A stretch of 64,000 nucleotides of DNA, taken from NCBI GenBank assembly GCA_964016885.1, contig OZ024740.1, forward strand, positions 304,916,001-304,980,000, read 5' to 3'. The notes beneath the pieces were generated by a model. That model did no database searches, was not told where the DNA came from, and saw only the letters and a list, made by a program, of their open reading frames with translations. Shown one piece after another: positions 56,410 to 64,000 of the stretch. Source of the DNA: Eledone cirrhosa. Lineage: Eukaryota. Position numbers and translations under genes: made by a program. Each line of letters opens with the position of its first letter. Positions within the stretch are counted from its first letter, which is position 1.

Positions 56410-56493
56410 CCTTCTGACGAGAGTTTTTCTTTGCAACGGATGCCGTATGGACTGTCCGTTTATTTTTGAGACTCGAAACCGATTCGGTAAAGG
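56410..56493 (+). ncRNA. intact type I hammerhead ribozyme
   Basis: cctt-CTGACGA-gagtttt..[aacgga/tccgtt]..gagactc-GAAA-ccg-att-cgg-TA-aagg. All core nucleotides and stems I, II and III are present. Predicted cleavage after GUA at 56489. Confidence 0.85.
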
Positions 56494-56589
56494 TAACCAT
56501 AGTAAGTAAAGTTAATTTTTTAAAATTTATTTTGAAACTTTTTCTTATTTGCTAAACCTTGATTATATATAAATATATATATATATAAA

Positions 56590-57162
56590 TATAATAACTA
56601 GAAATTGATTAACATATAAATATACATGAATAATCACAGGAGATAATTTTTACAAGCGTGTAACCACGCATAGCTAGTTTGGGTAATAATTAAATTTATA
56701 CCTTTAAGTATGATTAACCTTCCTTGTATATATCCCATTAAAGAAATATATTTCACCAATTAATCAGATGGTAAGTCACGGAAAGTGGATATTATTGGAT
56801 TGTCAACAAGGAAGAATAATGTCCAGCTATCCATGCTCACACAACGAGTTCAAATCCTCATCTGGCCGCTATCATGTGTTGTGTCTACACATCACAGCAG
56901 CTTCGTTTCAGTTGTTGGCAATCCAATAATATCCAATCTTCCTTGTTGACAATCCAATAATATCCACTTTCCGTGACTTACCATCTGATCAATTGGTGAA
57001 ATATATTTCTTTAATGGGATATATACAAGGAAGGTTAATCATACTTAAAGGTATAAATTTAATTATTACCCAAACTAGCTATGCGTGGTTACACGCTTGT
57101 AAAAATTATCTCCTGTGATTATTCATGTATATTTATATGTTAATCAATTTCTAGTTATTATA
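56590..57162. repeat. long near-perfect inverted repeat (about 225-bp arms, about 120-bp spacer)
   Basis: 56590-56815 is the reverse complement of 56937-57162, with one mismatch seen. Confidence 0.92.
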
Positions 57163-57377
57163 AAATGCTCGGATATATCTTTGAGCTTATTTCCAGGCGA
57201 TATGGCGCATGCCGTTATGGCATGACACCCACAATTTTGATTTATATTAAATTCATTTAATTTATCTTAATTTTGGATATAGATATATATATATAAATAT
57301 ATATATATAAATATATGTATATAAATATATAAATAAATATATATTATATAAATATATATATATTATATAAATATATA

Positions 57378-58481
57378 TCATCATCATCATCATCATCAAC
57401 GTTTAACGTCCGTGTTCCACGCTTGCATGGGTTTGGACGGGGGTAGTCCCACTTGAGGCAAGAGTGATTGTCTTGCTCGCATAGGACTGTCTGGCAGGTT
57501 TTCTACAGTTGGATGCCCTTCCTAACACCAACCACATTTACAGTGTGGGTCTGGGAGGTTTTTACCGTGTTGCCTACACGGCCACATTACAGCGTGGACT
57601 GTGTGTTTTTTTGTCGTGACACCTACACGATCTCGTTTGTTTCGGCCTGGATGGCGCGGCACCAACATAACTTTACATGGAACGGGGTGGTGTGGATGGG
57701 GTGGGGGTGGTGGTGGGACGGGGTGTATTTTGTTAGAGATGCCTACTGGCTGGAGTAGGTTTTACTATATATTTAGGCAAGGCGGGTCTTCTCTGTTACT
57801 GAGTACCGCCAAAGGTCACGGTCCAGTGACATTGTCTTGGAGAGGTGTAAGTGTGTGAGGTCGGAGTTTATCAGCTCATCCATGTTTTTCTAGGTCTGCC
57901 TATTCCATGGCTACCGTCTATCTTTATTGCCCTGCACTTTGTAATACAGCTATCGACTTTCATGCGCATCACGTGTCCATACCAACGCAGCCTTCTCTCG
58001 AGTAAACAACATCTGATCCCTCTTATCTCTAATTTTTTCCTTAGTTCGTTTATGCTTTGCCGTTCACGTATATTACTGTTACACATCCAGCGGAGCATGC
58101 AAGCTTCGTTCCTCTCTAGTCTGCGTATATCCTCTGCACACAATGCCCAGGTCTCACTACCATGCAACATTGCTGTTCGTATGCAGGCATCGTACAACCT
58201 GCCTTTCATTTTTAGGGAGAACCCTTTAGCAGCTAATAGTGGTATAAGCTCTCTGAACTTTTTCCAACCAGTTCTGACTCTAGCTACAGTACTTTCAGAG
58301 CACCCTCCCCCACTGCTGATTTTATCGCCCAGGTAACGGAAGCTGTCCACTATTTCTATAGAACCCTCTGCGCAATTGAAAGAGCTAGTATTTTGTGGGC
58401 ACTTGCTGCTACTTATTGCACCAGAACACCGGCCACATGTAAAGTCTATGTTCTTAGTTAGCTTACCTGTGATCCCACTAC
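57378..58481 (-). mobile_element. RTE LINE copy running into the assembly gap
   Basis: Highly similar to 17015-18200. Confidence 0.9.
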
Positions 58482-58681
58482 NNNNNNNNNNNNNNNNNNN
58501 NNNNNNNNNNNNNNNNNNNNNNNNNNNNNNNNNNNNNNNNNNNNNNNNNNNNNNNNNNNNNNNNNNNNNNNNNNNNNNNNNNNNNNNNNNNNNNNNNNNN
58601 NNNNNNNNNNNNNNNNNNNNNNNNNNNNNNNNNNNNNNNNNNNNNNNNNNNNNNNNNNNNNNNNNNNNNNNNNNNNNNNNN
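58482..58681. other. assembly gap, 200 N
   Basis: Run of N. Confidence 1.
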
Positions 58682-58713
58682 AAAAACAGAAGAGAGGGTG
58701 ATGTTTCTTTAGG

Positions 58714-59111
58714 TACTCTCGGGCCTCAAAATCGCCCCCACTCCCTCTCGCCGCTTGCTTATTCATTTTTCAGGTTTCTCCCACCCCACCGTTCTTATTC
58801 CAACCCCACCGCTTATTAAATTTTGCTAATCTACCACCAGCGAAATTTTATTTTAAGTGGTAGTATTCTGCAACAATTAATTTTCTTTATACATTAGAAA
58901 TATTATACACTAACTGGCCCGTCCGGCTGGCGCTCGGCTAGGTATACCTGCCCCCACCACTCCACTGCAAAGATACCACACACCCTCCCGTCTCACATTG
59001 TCCTTCCGACTTCGTAGCAAAGGGGAGGAACTACCGTAGAAATGAGTTTAAAAAGAAAGAGTTAAGCTGTGTTGTTAATATACATACATACGACCGTCAG
59101 CTTTATAAGTA

Positions 59112-59153
<42 letters not shown>

Positions 59154-59418
59154 TGTTTGTGTATGTATGTGTGTGTCTGTGTGTTTTGTTTTGATGTTAT
59201 CCGGCAATTGGCGAAATCAGGTGTGAAAGTATGTGTATTTGTGTGTGTGTGTGTTACTTATGCGAGCGACGACAGATGAAAGATATACCACGGAAATGAA
59301 CGTTATTTTTCAATCACCGCTACATTTGATCATACACATTGTTTATTTCAAAATTATTTTAATGCCGATACTTGATTTAACGTCATTGAAAAAATCGTTC
59401 ACTTGCTGGTCCCCTCTG

Positions 59419-59451
<33 letters not shown>

Positions 59452-60005
59452 TTGAATAACTAACACTTTAATTGTATCTCTCTCTGTCTAACGGCCTATC
59501 TCTCTCTTTTCCCCTCCTCTGTTTTTCTGTCAGTTTTCTTAATCATTCTCTAAATCTCTCTCTCTATATATATATATATATGTGTGTGTGTGTATATATT
59601 GAAGGGAGATACGGAAACTAAAACAGTGTTGTCATATAGAGAGTGAAGAGCGACAGGAGAGTAAAGCAGTTAAATTATAGAGAGGGGGAATGATCTATTA
59701 TAGAGAGAGGGAAAAGCGACGGAGAGTAAAGCTAAGAAACTATAGGGAGCTGTGTAGGATACATATATACATACATACATAATACACACGATGCTCAGCT
59801 TTATAATATTATAGATGACAAAAATAGTACATTACTAGAAATCACATACATTATAAAATAATAGGATGGGTTGGGGTCTCAATATATAAACTAAATAACT
59901 AATTCTGGTTTTTAAAACATCTATGGAGACAACCCAGAAAAATTACCTATTTTCCACCCCTACCCCCATTTATTCCAACTTCCGGTGATTTGGAACCCGA
60001 GAGTA
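58714..60005 (+). mobile_element. MITE (TACTCTCGGG...CCCGAGAGTA) interrupted by a Helitron
   Basis: TIRs present. The body matches the 45052-45439 family once 58910-59815 is removed. Confidence 0.8.
58910..59815 (-). mobile_element. non-autonomous Helitron
   Basis: Minus strand starts TCTATAATATTATAAAGCTG and ends with a GC-rich subterminal segment plus TTAG. Inserted at A|T with no TSD. Confidence 0.8.
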
Positions 60006-60194
60006 GTTAGAAGTGACAACATGTAAATTTTTTAAACAGAATGAAAGGTGTGAAAGTAAAACCGAACATTAGGGTACCTAGAATATGTATCAGAGAACAG
60101 GGACAATGCCAGAATTTTGTATGAGCATGGGCAAGATTCAGTCAGTAATAATATAAACTTTTGAACACAAGTCATATGACCTGTTTAGCTTCAG

Positions 60195-60719
60195 TATTCT
60201 TGGGTCCTAAATAATAGGGGGGGGGGATTTAGAATAAGGGGGGGGGGGGGGGAATAAGTGGGGTATTGGAATAAGTGGGGGTGTTGGAATAAGTTGGGGT
60301 GGTGGAATAAGTGGGTGTGTTGGAATAAGTGTGGGGTGGAATAAGTGGAGGGTGGATTAAGTGTGGGTGGAATAAGTGGGGTTGTTGGAATAAGAGGGGG
60401 TGTTGGAATAAGTGGGGGGAGGAATAAGTGTGGGGTGGCAGGGGTATAGCCAAATTTTTTTTAGATTGTCTCCGTTTATTTTTTTAAAAACCAGAATTAG
60501 TCTTTTAGTTTACATATTGAGACCCCAACCCATTCTATTTATTTTACAAGGTATGGGATTTCTAGTAATGTTCTTTTTTTGTCATGTATAATGTTTTTTA
60601 AAATATCTAAAGAAAATTAATTGTCGCGGAGATAGATTAGCAAAATTTTATAAGCAGGGAAGTGGGGGGGGGGACCTTAAAAATTAATAAGATGGGGATT
60701 ATTTGAGACCTGAGAGTAC
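60195..60719 (-). mobile_element. MITE copy with internal tggaataagtgggg minisatellite (60229-60440)
   Basis: Inverted relative to the neighbouring copy; about 11 units of about 18 bp. Confidence 0.8.
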
Positions 60720-61089
60720 ATGACAACCCATCTAACCCATGCTAGCATGGAAAATAAACATCAAATGGTGATGATGATAATGATGAAATCTAATTTAAAG
60801 TCACTTCTGAAGGAGACATGAAAATGGCAATGTCCATGTAACTCACCGCAACACAAACTACACAATGGTAATTCTTCTGTTTCAGAGTCTCCAAGATTCA
60901 GGTTTTCAGCATGTCATCTGTTCATGACAATTGTGTTTGAATTGTCCAATCTATTATCTGCCATGAAATCTAAGATAAGACTTGATCATCTTTATCTTAC
61001 AATGGAATCATGACTTTATCTGCCATGGAATCATGGATAAGACTTGATCATCTTCAGCTTACAAAAACAGTGTTCACAATGTCCACTGT

Positions 61090-61645
61090 TTACATGCAGT
61101 GTTACAGCAATTCGAAACAATTTGGCCAGTTCAAAAACACTCCTGTAGGGATGCATGACTTCCACTCAATGTGATGCTTTGGAATTCAGATCATCCACCC
61201 TTAGATCCTCCAAGTTTAGCCAACACATTGCTGCTATGAATTTCAGACCATCAGTGTTGAAAAACTGGTCATTCTTGGGATTAAGGTGGAAATGACTCTT
61301 CATATTAGTTTTCTGCCAAACAGCAGTGGTGGAGCTTTGACCAAATCTGATTAAGAACAAGAGTGGAGGCCTCATGACAAAAATCAGTGAAAGAATGTCC
61401 ACTACTTATCAACCAGCTTCCAGCAACCTTACAATCACCACATCCTCCATATGTTGGGGCAATTTACCTTGCAGTTTTGGTTTCTCTTAAACCAGCTGGT
61501 TGTCCTTAATAAATCTGTGGCTTGTTGCTTCATCATATATCACATACTTCCATCATCCAGCTTCTTCTACTTGACATCAAGATCTTCAATGTAATTGACT
61601 ATTAAATTGTTTGCAACATTCATATCCACTGAAGGGCATCCAGCA
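61090..61645 (-). pseudogene. possible Tc1/mariner transposase remnant
   Basis: Only weak motif traces; heavily decayed. Confidence 0.3.
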
Positions 61646-63086
61646 TTAGGAAGGGTATCCAGCTGTAGAAACCAAACCAGAAATAGTTCTGTATAAACAA
61701 GTCACAGTCACCTGACCTGACTTGCCTCAAATGGGACAACCTGTCTAATCCATGTTAGCATGGAAAATAGACATTAAATAATGATGATGATAATGAAAAT
61801 TGCAGTGTTGTTACCAGAGACTTAATTTGTAACAGAATTTACTTTAAAAAGAGACAAGGACAACTCAAAATTTTGCAGACAAAGTTGACAGAAGTGACTT
61901 CTCTTCAGTTTGTCCCTCCAACGACTTGGTAATTTTTACTGAAATGCGATAGAATGTGTAAAATAAATGGAAGCATACAATGTGCAATGTAACGTGATGT
62001 ATATAGTAATATATCCAATGTGTATTGAACAAGTTTTCCAGCTCTACTGGTTGTCCACCTTTTACTCTCTCTAACTGCTTAAAGTATTGATGCACATGCG
62101 TATGAGCTAGGAATAGAGTTCATAGAATGAATAGGATTATATTAAGATTAAATTTTGCTCGCCCTAGTGTAGCTCAAGCAAGGCTGCTGGGATACTGGGG
62201 TTACCTTGATCTGCTACCACCAGCATCAAAGATTATGTCATTAAGGAACACTGTAATTGTGCATTATTCATACGAAATGACCAATCCTGAGGGGGGAACA
62301 GATGGATTGCTATGAAATAATTATTGTTACTTATACCTCCAGTATATCATGGTGTACTTTGTGTGAAGTGTAGAAGCCACAATCTGCAATAAACTTACAC
62401 TTGTGCCACAAATACTGTAGTTGAATATTTAATCAAAATACAATTGTTAAATTCTCAGCACAATTTATTTAGCTAAATCTTGAAAACAATTATTTTACTA
62501 GTTTAACTAGACAATATTTCCCACAGTAAAAAATAATAGCAATGACAATGGAAAAATTCTTCGGTCAGTGCACTTTCACGGCAATTCATTAGATAGAAGC
62601 AGAGAGTGGACATATTGGAAAAATACTTTCCTAAATTTTTTTGTTGAATTCCCAAACTGAACGGATCAATGAAGACTCACTGTGTTTACTAACTCCAACT
62701 CACCTTCAAACTTTTCTCATATTGGAGATTGCATCAACTACAATAACGCATCTTCATTAAACATTTTTTTTTTTTTTTTTGCAGATTCCAATTGTAACCA
62801 TGAATCTAATATAACAATTGAATCTAATATAACAATTCTATGCAACCTTGCCAAGCATTGTAATTTTCAGGCTGTAACTACTGATGTACATCAAGAGGAA
62901 AGCATAAGAGATTTATTTATTTCCCATAACCCAATAGATTGGGAGTGCGGGAATGTATGTAAGTGAGATGTTGGTGCCTAATCCATCTGAAAAGTCAGTA
63001 GCTCCGTTTGAGGAATGACTCGGTCTGTGACGACTCTTGCTAGCTGGGAAATCTGACATTAAATGATAATGATGAAATATATATAT

Positions 63087-63543
63087 CCACACCACCCCCT
63101 TAAATGTGAAGTTATGTTGGTACCACAACATCCAGTCCGAAACAAATGAGGTCGTGTAGGTGTCACGACAAAAAAAACACACAGTCCACGCTGTAATGTG
63201 GCCGTGTAGGTAACACAGTAAAAACTTCCCAGTCCACACTGTAAACGTGGTTGGTGTTGGGAAGGGCACCCAGCCGTAGAAAACCCGCCAGACGTGTAGG
63301 TGTCACGACAAAAAAACACACAGTCCACGCTGTAATGTGGCCGTGTAGGTAACACGGTAAAAACCTCCCAGTCCACACTGTAAATGTGGTTGGTGTTAGG
63401 AAGAGCATCCAGCTGTAGAAAACCCGCCAGACAGTCCTATACAAGCAGGACACCAAATCTTGCCTCAAGTGGGAAAACTCCCGTCCAAACCCATGCAAGC
63501 GTGGAAGATGGACGTTAAACGATGATGATGATGATGATGATGA
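63087..63543 (+). mobile_element. RTE 3' UTR with internal ~140-bp tandem duplication and (GAT)n tail
   Basis: Matches 17780-18220. Confidence 0.85.
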
Positions 63544-64000
63544 TTGCTGAACACACAAGCCGAAACTGCTTATCGCCACAATCGGGATTTTACCTATCTC
63601 TATATCCACTCTGCATCCCCCCATACATTGAGTACTCTTATAATTAGTGGTCTCCCCAGTCTCAGCATTGCAGACTGTCCCCCCCCCCACCACCTCTCTC
63701 TCTCAATCTTTAAACAGGCAATCATTTAAATTCATTTTCTAGCAGCTGTTCAGAGGTTTACTGATAATCTTTTCTCCTTCTCAATGCCCTATTTTTGCTG
63801 TAGTTCCAAATAGGGCATTGAGGAGAGAAGACCATTAGTAAGCCTTTGCATTTCTCTGAACAGCTGCCAGTTTCAATGATTGCCTATTACAAATTAAATT
63901 AAGAGTTCTCAAGGACTCTTGTTCATGACTTAAAGGAAATGACTTTGTTATATATAAACTCAGAGGATCATTAAATAATCTTACTGTTGCTCAACTTATT

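Noticed and set aside
62500-62970. Possible hAT-like or host coding remnant
   Set aside because: No recognisable motif or clear splice structure.

Overview
This is AT-rich eukaryotic DNA with no prokaryotic features. The repeat families (MetaSINE-type tRNA SINEs, an RTE LINE ending CTAACCCATGCTAGC...GTTAAAC(GAT)n, and very long (TA)n arrays) suggest an octopus-like cephalopod; that is my inference. The window is almost entirely intronic or intergenic and rich in transposons: three Penelope-like elements (PLEs), about 15 RTE fragments, a young CR1/Jockey-group LINE, an R4/Dong-type remnant, piggyBac, Tc1/mariner MITEs, three Helitrons, SINEs, minisatellites and a 200-N gap. The long poly-(IY) ORFs are microsatellite artefacts. 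Only one plausible host exon was found (minus strand, about 35.1 kb). The most interesting signal is a set of type I hammerhead ribozymes in unrelated short non-coding inserts within (TA)n arrays. These include an intact ribozyme at 56410-56493 and a terminally redundant 651-bp retrozyme-like unit at 9459-10259. There are also many fold-back palindromes and two LINE insertions with twin-priming-type inversions. All identifications were made by eye, and coordinates may be off by a few bases.
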